Origin: an uncultured bacterium
GTDB taxonomy: Bacteria; Macinerneyibacteriota; Macinerneyibacteria; Macinerneyibacteriales; Macinerneyibacteriaceae
Reading direction: 5' to 3'
Assembly: GCA_964621075.1 (NCBI GenBank)
Contig: CAZUKV010000008.1
Span: 1-33,051 of the forward strand
DNA: 33,051 nucleotides
Part shown: positions 25,966-33,051 of the stretch, in pieces
Layout: each line of letters starts with the position of its first letter
How positions within the stretch are numbered: position 1 is the first letter of the stretch
Notes under the pieces: generated by a model
Told to the model about the DNA's origin: nothing
Seen by the model: the letters and a program-made list of their open reading frames with translations, nothing else
Databases searched by the model: none
Program-made: the position numbers and the translations under genes

Positions 25966-28900
25966 TTCAATTCTCCTCTCTCAATAGCTTTTTTTCTTTC
26001 TACAATCATGTATATTGTAGGAATTAAAATTAATGTAACAAAGGTAGAGAAAAATAAACCACCTATAACAGAAGCACCTAATGGAACCCAGCTTTCTGAT
26101 CCTTCACCGGTACTTAAAGCCAGTGGCAGCATTCCAAACATTGTTGTTAAAGCAGTCATTAAAACAGGTCTTAAACGCTGTTTACAAGCTGTTAAAATCG
26201 CATCAACAAGCTTATACTCTCTTTTTCTCAATAGATTTATATAATCAATTAAAACAATTGCATTATTTACAACAAGTCCTACAAGTAAAATCATTCCTAC
26301 AAATACAATTATGCTCAAGTTGATCCCTGTTATTCCAAGCATGAAAAATACACCACTAAAAGCAAACGGTATTGAAAACATTATTATGAAAGGATCTTTT
26401 AATGATTCAAACTGTCCTGACATAACCATATAAACAAGGACTATACCTGCTAAAATAGCAAGAGCAAGTAATTTAAATGACTGAGCCTGATCTTCAGCCT
26501 GTCCGGTTAAGATAAGATCTATTCCCTGAGGTTTTTCAATTTTGTTTAAAACTTCTTCAACATCAGCTGCAATTTCACCAAAGGATCTGCCATAAGTATA
26601 TGCATTTACAAATATTACCCTATTTTGATCTTTTCTTTCAATTGCAACCGGACCTTCAGATAAATTTATATTTGCAATATTTTCAAGAGGAAATTTTTCT
26701 CCTTTCTGATTTAGAACATACATTCCCCTGATATCTGATATATTTCTTTTATATTCATCTTTCAATCTTAAAAAAATATCATATTCTTCATCTTCTGCTC
26801 TGTATTTTGAAGCAGTGATTCCGCTAAATTGAGCCCTTATTTGACTTGCGACATCTTCAACAGTAAATCCAGCTTGATATAATCTTTCTCTATTGAAGTT
26901 TAGTTCAATTTCCGGTTTACCCATATCACGTGATATTGATATGTTTCTTATTCCTTCAATTTCAGAGATTTTCCTTTGAACTTTTTTTGATAAATTAAAT
27001 GTTTTTTCTAAATCATATCCATATACTTCAACTTTTAAAGGAGCTCCTCTACCTCCAAACATCATTCTACTCTGAGCAGATAAATCAATTTTCTCAATAC
27101 CTTTTGTATTTTTGATAAGGTTTCTCATTCCTTCAACTATCTGTTCAGTTGATTTTTCTCTTTCTGACACTTTAACAAGCTGATAGGATAACTCCGCAAT
27201 GTTATTGCCGGATTCCTGAAAAACAGCACTAATACCACTTTCAGGACTACCTGCAGAAAAATAATAACTGTCAATTACATTTTTATAATTACTTATAATT
27301 TTCTTCTGTATTTCTAACCCAATTTTCCTAGTTTTATTTAAACTCGTTCCCTGAGGTGTATGAACAGTTAATTCGATCTGTCCAGAATCACTGGACGGCA
27401 TGAATTCACTTCCAACAGATGATATTAAAACCCCCACTGATATTAGAAAGATTACAATTGCTATGATTATAGTCGTTTTTCTGTGCCATATACTCCAGTT
27501 TATAATATTCTTATATATATCTTCGATTTTATCAAAAATTTCTTCACTTTTTTTAAATAATCTTGTTTTAATTTGTTTCTTTTTCAAAAATTTTGATGCC
27601 AGCATGGGAATGAGCAATAGTGAAGCCAGCAAAGACCCTGCAAGAACTATTATCATTGAATAACCAAGCTGTTTAAATAACATTGCAGATATATCATTAA
27701 TAAAAAATATTGGTAAAAATATTACTGCAGTTGTTAAAGTAGAAGCAGTTATAGCTCCTCCTACTTCTGATGCTCCCCACATGGCAGCTTCATCAGGCTT
27801 TTCTCCTTTTTCAATATGAGTATAAATATTCTCTAAAACAACAATTCCATTATCAACAACCATACCTATTGCAACTGCAAGAGCAGATAGAGAAATCATG
27901 TTGATTGAAAACCCTAATACATATAATAAAATAAAAGCTATTATTAATGAAAAAGGTAATATCAAGGATATTATTGCACTACCTCTTATATTTCTCAAAA
28001 ATAATAAAACAATTAATATTACAAGCAAACCACCTGTAAGTATTGTTCTTGTTAAATTATTTATAGAATATTTAATGAATTCGCTATTATCCATAACAAT
28101 TTCAACATTAAAATCTTTGGGGAGATTTTTTTTAATATTTTGTATTTCTTTTTTAACATTATCAATTACCTCTACTGTATTAGCTCCCGATTGTTTTTGA
28201 ATCATTGCTACCATACCGGATTCACCATTAACTCTGGTAAATTGATTATCCTGATAATAATCATCCTTGATTGTTGCAATATCTTCTAATCTAACCGTAT
28301 TCCCCCTAATATTTGTTACTATTAAGTTTCTCAATTCATCTACACTTTTATATTCTCCAGGTACCCTAACAAGAACATCTCTTTTTTCATTTTCAATATT
28401 ACCTGCAGGTATATTTTTATTTTGACTATCAATCATTTGGGCAACAGTATAAATATTTAAACCTAAATCATTTAACTTTTCTCTATTAAAATAAACTCTT
28501 ATTTCTCTTACCGGTCCACCATACATTTGAACCGATCCTACACCTGGTACCCTTTTTAGAGGTTGTATCAGCTGATCATCAACAATATACCTCATCTTTT
28601 TTGTATAATATTTTGAACTAACTGCAAAAAAGAGTATTGGCATTTGGGATATATCAAATTTAAAAATAAAAGGATCATTTACTTCATCGGGCAGACTTTC
28701 AGTTGCCATATCAAGTGAATCTCTTAAATCATTAACTGCTGCATCAATATCTTTACCATATTCAAACTCTATCGATACAACCGAAACACCTTCTCTGGAA
28801 CTTGATGTAACCTCTTTTACATTTGATACTGTTGATACATTTTTTTCTATAACTTCAGTTACATTTTTCTCAACATCTTCCGCACTGGCACCTTCATAAG

Positions 28901-29048
28901 TAGTTACAACACTTGCAAAAGGTGTTGATATATCAGGAAACAAATCTATATTAAGCATTATCAATGATAATGCACCTAAAAATAGTATAGCAATAAAAAT
29001 CATTAAGGTTGCTATAGGTCTTTTAACTCCAAAATCTGGAAGTTTCAT
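25962..29048 (-). CDS. RND efflux permease (AcrB/CusA/CzcA superfamily), 12 TM helices
   Basis: 1028 aa. Two large periplasmic loops. The TM4 motif ..AIGMVVDNGIVVLENI.. carries a single Asp, as in CusA-type pumps (established knowledge). Subfamily assignment is uncertain. Confidence 0.92.
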   Translation of the reverse strand: MKLPDFGVKRPIATLMIFIAILFLGALSLIMLNIDLFPDISTPFASVVTTYEGASAEDVEKNVTEVIEKNVSTVSNVKEVTSSSREGVSVVSIEFEYGKDIDAAVNDLRDSLDMATESLPDEVNDPFIFKFDISQMPILFFAVSSKYYTKKMRYIVDDQLIQPLKRVPGVGSVQMYGGPVREIRVYFNREKLNDLGLNIYTVAQMIDSQNKNIPAGNIENEKRDVLVRVPGEYKSVDELRNLIVTNIRGNTVRLEDIATIKDDYYQDNQFTRVNGESGMVAMIQKQSGANTVEVIDNVKKEIQNIKKNLPKDFNVEIVMDNSEFIKYSINNLTRTILTGGLLVILIVLLFLRNIRGSAIISLILPFSLIIAFILLYVLGFSINMISLSALAVAIGMVVDNGIVVLENIYTHIEKGEKPDEAAMWGASEVGGAITASTLTTAVIFLPIFFINDISAMLFKQLGYSMIIVLAGSLLASLLLIPMLASKFLKKKQIKTRLFKKSEEIFDKIEDIYKNIINWSIWHRKTTIIIAIVIFLISVGVLISSVGSEFMPSSDSGQIELTVHTPQGTSLNKTRKIGLEIQKKIISNYKNVIDSYYFSAGSPESGISAVFQESGNNIAELSYQLVKVSEREKSTEQIVEGMRNLIKNTKGIEKIDLSAQSRMMFGGRGAPLKVEVYGYDLEKTFNLSKKVQRKISEIEGIRNISISRDMGKPEIELNFNRERLYQAGFTVEDVASQIRAQFSGITASKYRAEDEEYDIFLRLKDEYKRNISDIRGMYVLNQKGEKFPLENIANINLSEGPVAIERKDQNRVIFVNAYTYGRSFGEIAADVEEVLNKIEKPQGIDLILTGQAEDQAQSFKLLALAILAGIVLVYMVMSGQFESLKDPFIIMFSIPFAFSGVFFMLGITGINLSIIVFVGMILLVGLVVNNAIVLIDYINLLRKREYKLVDAILTACKQRLRPVLMTALTTMFGMLPLALSTGEGSESWVPLGASVIGGLFFSTFVTLILIPTIYMIVERKKAIERGELK

Positions 29049-29060
29049 TCTTCTCCTCCT

Positions 29061-29918
29061 TTACCTTAATCTTACTTCTAATTCGTCACTTAGTAATTTC
29101 TGTCCAATAGTTACAATTTTTTCTCCAATTTCTAATCCTTCTTGTATTTCAATATATTCTTTATACAAAGCTCCTGTTTCAACTTTTTGAATATATACTT
29201 TTCCATCCCTGTATTTATAAACATAATTATCCCCAACTATAGCCTGCTGAGGTATTGCAATTGAATTTCTCTTATCAAAATCTATTTCAATTCTTGCAAA
29301 CATTCCAGATCTTAAAACCATCTTTGGATTAGAAATTTTAATTTCTGTATCAACTGTATGTGTTCTTTGATTTATAACCGGACTGTAATTACTTATATAT
29401 CCATCAAATGATTTATTGGGATATGAATCCACAGTCACAGAAACTTTTAGATTTTTCTTTAATTCAGAAAAATATTTTTCAGGTAATTCAATTTCTAATT
29501 TGACATTATTCATGTTTGAAATTTTAGAAACGGGAACCTGTCCTGGTGTAATCATCGTTCCTTTATCTAAATAATTTTTAGCAAGAATTCCTGAAATTGG
29601 TGCTTTTATTGTCGCCGGTTTATACTTTACTCCTGTCACATCTCTATCAACATAAGCTATTACCTGATCTTTTTTTACCCATGTACCTTCAGAAATTTCA
29701 TATCTAATTAACTTCCCTGAAACTTTAGAATAAACATCTACTTCTTCGGTACCAGCTAGTGTTCCAGAGGTATTAAATTTTTCTATTATTTCTCTTTTCT
29801 GTGTTTCTTCTACTGTCACATATGGCCGGGAATCAATCTCTTTCTGGGATTTTTTTCTATTACATGAAATTGTAAAAATCAATAAACTAATTAATATCAA
29901 AAAAAAGACTCTTTTCAT
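29061..29918 (-). CDS. RND membrane-fusion (periplasmic adaptor) lipoprotein lacking the alpha-helical hairpin domain
   Basis: 285 aa. Lipobox ..LLIFTISC. The two lipoyl half-motifs (..VYSKVSGKL..VKKDQVIAYVD and ..ATIKAPISGIL..) are separated by only ~10 residues. Beta-barrel and membrane-proximal-like domains follow. Confidence 0.75.
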   Translation of the reverse strand: MKRVFFLILISLLIFTISCNRKKSQKEIDSRPYVTVEETQKREIIEKFNTSGTLAGTEEVDVYSKVSGKLIRYEISEGTWVKKDQVIAYVDRDVTGVKYKPATIKAPISGILAKNYLDKGTMITPGQVPVSKISNMNNVKLEIELPEKYFSELKKNLKVSVTVDSYPNKSFDGYISNYSPVINQRTHTVDTEIKISNPKMVLRSGMFARIEIDFDKRNSIAIPQQAIVGDNYVYKYRDGKVYIQKVETGALYKEYIEIQEGLEIGEKIVTIGQKLLSDELEVRLR

Positions 29919-31270
29919 TATTCCTCCTTATTTCCTAAAACTCCCAAACTCTTCCTAAATTCTAAAATTGAAAGGTTCCTGTCATATTTTGCCTGTATCA
30001 ATGCCGCTTTAGCATCATTATAGGATAATCTGGCTTTCATCAAATCCAATACTGGAATCAATCCTTCTTTGTAACTTTCATTTGACATATCAAGATTCTT
30101 TTTTGCAAGTTTTAAATTATCTTCCTGAACCTGTACTCTTTCTGTTGCCTCTTTAATATTTTCGAATTGGACTTTTATACCTGTTTTTATTTGCTCATAC
30201 AAATCATAATAACTATCATTAAGAATGTCCTGATTTGTATAAACATTTGCAAGATTTGTTTCACGATTTAATCCATCAAAAATATTCCAGCTAAATGTTA
30301 ACATTAAATTATAATTATCACTCCAGCTATCACTCCATTCTTCTTTCTGCTGACCGAAACTACCGGTTAGCAAAATTTTTGGAAGATAGGAACCTTTGGT
30401 CATTATTTCAGTATTATCAAGAGCTTTACTTTTTAATTCCAAAATTTTTAATCCTGGATAATTATTTTTAGCAAATTCAAATAACTTACTGTAATTTTCT
30501 TTATGTTTTAAAGATAACATCTTAAAATTTGGATCTATTTGAAAACTTTTTTCAGATTTCAGTCCAAGAATATTCGTTAAATTTCTTTTTCCGTTTTTAT
30601 ATGCACTCTTTAGTTTAATTTTTTGGGGATATAATTTATTTAATTCAACCCTTGCCTGAAGTAAATCCAGATTTGACGCTTCTCCACTTTCATATCTTGC
30701 TTTCACCATCTCTACCTGTTCTTTTACTATCGCAATAGACTCCTTTACATTATCAAGCATGGATTTTGTATAAATTAAATTATAATATGTAGAAGAAACA
30801 TCAAAAATTAAATTCATTTTTTCATCTTTTAATTTATAAAATGAAATATTTTTCTCAATTTTTTTGTTTTTTAAATTATAAAATAGTGATCCTCCCATGA
30901 ATATTGGTTGAGAAGCACTTAAAGAGTATTGATAATTACTAATCATATCCTGTTCATAAGTTTCTGTAGTAACACCAGATATACCCAGCAGAGATGTCTC
31001 AGGTATTGGAGCCAGCTCATAACTCTGCATCTGTGTTTCAACTTTTGATTCAGCCAATACTTTAGAACCTTCTAATTTAATTGAAGGTAAAAAATTTCCA
31101 TAAGCATTAGCAACATTTCTTCCTGATATTTCTAACTCTCTTTTTTTATTAATCAAATTTTTATTTCTTTTAAGAGCAAAATTAATGCATTTTTCAAGAT
31201 TCCAAATCTCTCCGTGAGAGATGGTCACAAAAATAATTAAAATAGATATAATGAGTAATTTTTTTCTCAT
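29918..31270 (-). CDS. Outer-membrane efflux channel (TolC/OprM family)
   Basis: 450 aa. It has a signal peptide and the two-fold repeat of coiled-coil/beta segments typical of the outer-membrane factor family. Its stop overlaps the adaptor start by 1 nt. Confidence 0.78.
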   Translation of the reverse strand: MRKKLLIISILIIFVTISHGEIWNLEKCINFALKRNKNLINKKRELEISGRNVANAYGNFLPSIKLEGSKVLAESKVETQMQSYELAPIPETSLLGISGVTTETYEQDMISNYQYSLSASQPIFMGGSLFYNLKNKKIEKNISFYKLKDEKMNLIFDVSSTYYNLIYTKSMLDNVKESIAIVKEQVEMVKARYESGEASNLDLLQARVELNKLYPQKIKLKSAYKNGKRNLTNILGLKSEKSFQIDPNFKMLSLKHKENYSKLFEFAKNNYPGLKILELKSKALDNTEIMTKGSYLPKILLTGSFGQQKEEWSDSWSDNYNLMLTFSWNIFDGLNRETNLANVYTNQDILNDSYYDLYEQIKTGIKVQFENIKEATERVQVQEDNLKLAKKNLDMSNESYKEGLIPVLDLMKARLSYNDAKAALIQAKYDRNLSILEFRKSLGVLGNKEE

Positions 31271-31285
31271 AAAATCCTCCTGTAA

Positions 31286-31891
31286 TTATGATTTCCCTTT
31301 AAATCCATAAAATAAAAAATTTTTTAAGTATTTTTTTATTTCTTTTATACTCATGGTTGTTTCTGTAAAATATAAATAATGATTAATTCCATGAAAAATT
31401 TGAATTAACATATTTGCACATAAAGTTAGCTGCTTTTCATCATCTATATATTCAGTTAATATTTTCTTTACTATTTTCAATTCTTTTTCTCTCAATTTTT
31501 TCATTTTTTCTATAAGCGATTTATTTTCAGAAAATAAAGTTAAAAATTCCTGATGGTTTTGATTTAGTAGTTCAAAAAGATTATTATCATATAAAATATT
31601 TTCCAATTCATTTTCAATTATATAATCAAGCATCTTTTGTGATTCTTCAAATTGTTTTGTATCAAGATTTTCATAATATTCTTCAGCTTCTTCAATTGCC
31701 ATTTCAAGAATGTAAGAAATAATATCTTCTTTAGAATTAAAATAAGAATACAAGCTGGACTTGCTGTAACCAACACTGCTGGCTATCTCTTTCATGGAAA
31801 CATTTGTTAATCCTTTTGCAACAAATAAATCATTAGCTGCTTCTGCAATTTTATTTTTCTTTAATTTTTTTTCCCAATCTCTATCTTTCAA
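31286..31891 (-). CDS. TetR/AcrR-family transcriptional regulator (TTG start)
   Basis: 201 aa. N-terminal HTH ..AEAANDLFVAKGLTNVSMKEIASSVGYSKSSLYSYFNSKEDII... TTG start at 31891 with an AGGAG SD 6 nt upstream. It reads in the same direction as, and is first in, the efflux operon. Confidence 0.85.
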   Translation of the reverse strand: MKDRDWEKKLKKNKIAEAANDLFVAKGLTNVSMKEIASSVGYSKSSLYSYFNSKEDIISYILEMAIEEAEEYYENLDTKQFEESQKMLDYIIENELENILYDNNLFELLNQNHQEFLTLFSENKSLIEKMKKLREKELKIVKKILTEYIDDEKQLTLCANMLIQIFHGINHYLYFTETTMSIKEIKKYLKNFLFYGFKGKS

Positions 31892-31928
31892 TTGACGCTC
31901 CTTTCAGTACATTGACCGCTTGTTCAAT

Positions 31929-31961
31929 ATTATAACCATAGATTTCTTAAGGTCAAGAAAT
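31929..31961 (-). promoter_or_regulatory. Efflux-operon promoter (TTGACC, 16 nt, TATAAT) with a palindromic candidate TetR operator over the -35
   Basis: Minus strand: -35 TTGACC (31956-31951) and -10 TATAAT (31934-31929). Inverted repeat ATTTCTT-gacctt-AAGAAAT (31942-31961) is centred on the -35. Confidence 0.5.
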
Positions 31962-31996
31962 TAAATATTTTTGAAAAGCATTTTAATTCTTAAAGA

Positions 31997-33051
31997 TTAA
32001 TGCCTAAAAAGTCTAATTCCGGTAAAAAACATGACCATTCCATATTCATTAACTACATCAATTATTTTATCATCCCTGATTGAACCACCTGGCTGTGATA
32101 TATATTTTACATTGAGTTTTTTTGCTCTATCAATACTATCTCTAAAAGGAAAAAAAGCATCAGAAACAAGAGAAATATTTTCAAATTTTTTAAACCATGA
32201 ATCTTTTTCATCATCGGATAATATTTCTGGTTTCTCTTTAAGATTTTTTAAAAAATATTTTCTTTCTGCTGCAGATAACTGATTATATAGAATAAATTGG
32301 TCCACCAAGTTTGTTTTTGATGCTCTTTTTAAACCTTCTTCAAAATTTAAATTAGAAACTTTTGGATGCTGCTGTAGAAACCATTTTTCTGCCTTTTGGG
32401 AAGCTAATCTTGTGCAATGTACTCTTGATTGCTGTCCTGCGCCATTTCCAATCACCTGGCCATCATAAACAACACATACAGAATTTGACTGTGTATATTT
32501 CAAAGTTATATTTCCAATAATTAGATCTTCGATTACCTTGTCATCTATTTTCTTATTTTCAGATACAATTTTAGTGCTGTTAAAAAGAAATTTATCAATT
32601 TTAGAGTTATCTCTATCCTGTTTTAATTTGAAACCATACAAATCCCTGACCTGTTCGGAATCTGGCTCATACGAAGGATCTATCTGTAAAATTAAATATT
32701 TGCCCCTTTTTTTCTTTTTTAAAATATCTAAGGCTTCATTTTCATATCCTGGTGCTATAATTAAATCAGAGACTTCTTTTTTTAAATACTTAGCAAGAGA
32801 AACATCAACTATTTCACTCACACAGGCTGCATCGCCATAAGAACTCATCCTATCCCCACCTCTTGCTCTTATATAAGCTTTGGCAATATTTGAATAATTT
32901 TTATCTTTTAAAAATTGTGATTTTAAAAATGTATTACTTAATTTTCTTGCTACAGCTGCTCCTGCAGGGCTTACATGCTTAAAAGATGCCGCACTCGCTT
33001 TTCCAGTTGCATTTTTTAATTCTTTTACCAGCTGCCAGCCACTTAAAGCAT
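31997..33051 (-). CDS. purH: Bifunctional purine biosynthesis protein PurH (AICAR transformylase / IMP cyclohydrolase), C-terminal ~351 aa; the N-terminus runs off the window end
   Basis: The frame stays open to the window end. Motifs: ..ASFKHVSPAGAAV.., ..MSSYGDAACVS.., ..IGNGAGQQSRVH.. and the C-terminus ..ISQPGGSIRDDKIIDVVNEYGMVMFFTGIRLFRH. The ATG at 32848 is internal. Confidence 0.9.
   Translation of the reverse strand, partial: ALSGWQLVKELKNATGKASAASFKHVSPAGAAVARKLSNTFLKSQFLKDKNYSNIAKAYIRARGGDRMSSYGDAACVSEIVDVSLAKYLKKEVSDLIIAPGYENEALDILKKKKRGKYLILQIDPSYEPDSEQVRDLYGFKLKQDRDNSKIDKFLFNSTKIVSENKKIDDKVIEDLIIGNITLKYTQSNSVCVVYDGQVIGNGAGQQSRVHCTRLASQKAEKWFLQQHPKVSNLNFEEGLKRASKTNLVDQFILYNQLSAAERKYFLKNLKEKPEILSDDEKDSWFKKFENISLVSDAFFPFRDSIDRAKKLNVKYISQPGGSIRDDKIIDVVNEYGMVMFFTGIRLFRH

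Noticed and set aside
31962-31996. Weak A/T-rich imperfect hairpin (GCATT..AATGC) after the purH stop, as a terminator
   Set aside because: The stem is only ~5-8 bp, AT-rich and bulged. It cannot be separated from the promoter/operator architecture of the efflux operon. I regard any terminator function as unproven.
2129-32840. All plus-strand ORFs in the track (2129-2479, 4427-4732, 5411-5737, 5893-6093, 6415-6633, 9109-9294, 10679-10888, 11679-11924, 12671-12859, 12808-12990, 13353-13535, 14192-14389, 15261-15587, 17511-17738, 18796-19035, 19338-19562, 19785-20030, 20616-20930, 21075-21272, 24567-24767, 26008-26323, 27400-27663, 27898-28200, 32031-32282, 32538-32840)
   Set aside because: Each lies entirely antisense within a well-supported minus-strand gene. 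They have low-complexity F/L/S/I-rich translations typical of antisense AT-rich DNA, no SD, and no recognisable family.
1-33051. CRISPR arrays, IS elements, integrases or prophage genes; integration at the tRNA-Thr
   Set aside because: I found no regularly spaced direct repeats and no transposase, integrase or phage-like ORFs. The tRNA is flanked by housekeeping genes (tnaA, gpsA), with no att-like duplication visible.

Overview
This 33 kb window is AT-rich, roughly 25-30% GC by eye (not computed), and gene-dense with no real intergenic space. All 27 protein-coding genes and one tRNA-Thr read on the minus strand. None of the plus-strand ORFs in the track looks genuine. Many gene junctions are translationally coupled, with ATGA or TAATG overlaps. 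Diderm features are present (TamA/TamB, a TolC-family channel, an RND pump, 67K-type SppA, a C-terminal-Phe beta-barrel), so this is probably a low-GC Gram-negative-type bacterium. The hairpin-less adaptor and the tryptophanase hint at a Spirochaetota or Fusobacteriota-like lineage, but I cannot assign the lineage.

Gene order along the minus strand, from high to low coordinates:
- purH (3' part, runs off the window end)
- a five-gene efflux operon: TetR regulator, TolC-like channel, lipoprotein membrane fusion adaptor, RND permease, small PII-like protein, followed by a clean terminator
- VanY-like M15B peptidase, serS, rpmB (L28), TamA-like Omp85 protein, TamB-like protein
- tryptophanase, tRNA-Thr(CGU), gpsA
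- macro-domain protein, a ThrRS-N-domain/uridine-kinase fusion, an SPFH(YdjI-like)/zinc-ribbon fusion, a Lys-rich protein, DUF523 (TudS-like), tdh, a 64-aa protein, sppA, a UPF0173 MBL-fold hydrolase, then a terminator
- a FadL/TraF-like outer-membrane protein, ftsH, folE, cdaA, cdaR (YbbR)
- a STAS-domain protein coupled to a PilB/GspE-type ATPase that runs off the window start

I found no CRISPR array, no mobile elements, and no rRNA.

The items I think most deserve a second look are:
- a STAS-domain (anti-sigma-antagonist-like) protein whose stop overlaps the start of a type IV pilus / type II secretion ATPase, placed directly after the c-di-AMP synthase module
- the efflux operon, whose adaptor lacks the alpha-helical hairpin and whose permease is coupled to a PII-like protein, with a TetR operator palindrome over the -35 element
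- cdaA, whose conserved N-terminal transmembrane segment is encoded upstream of any canonical start codon, inside the 3' end of folE
- a perfect 26-bp A/T palindrome in front of the tryptophanase promoter
- an SPFH domain fused to a double zinc ribbon
- a pyrimidine-salvage-flavoured block (macro domain, uridine-kinase fusion, TudS-like protein)
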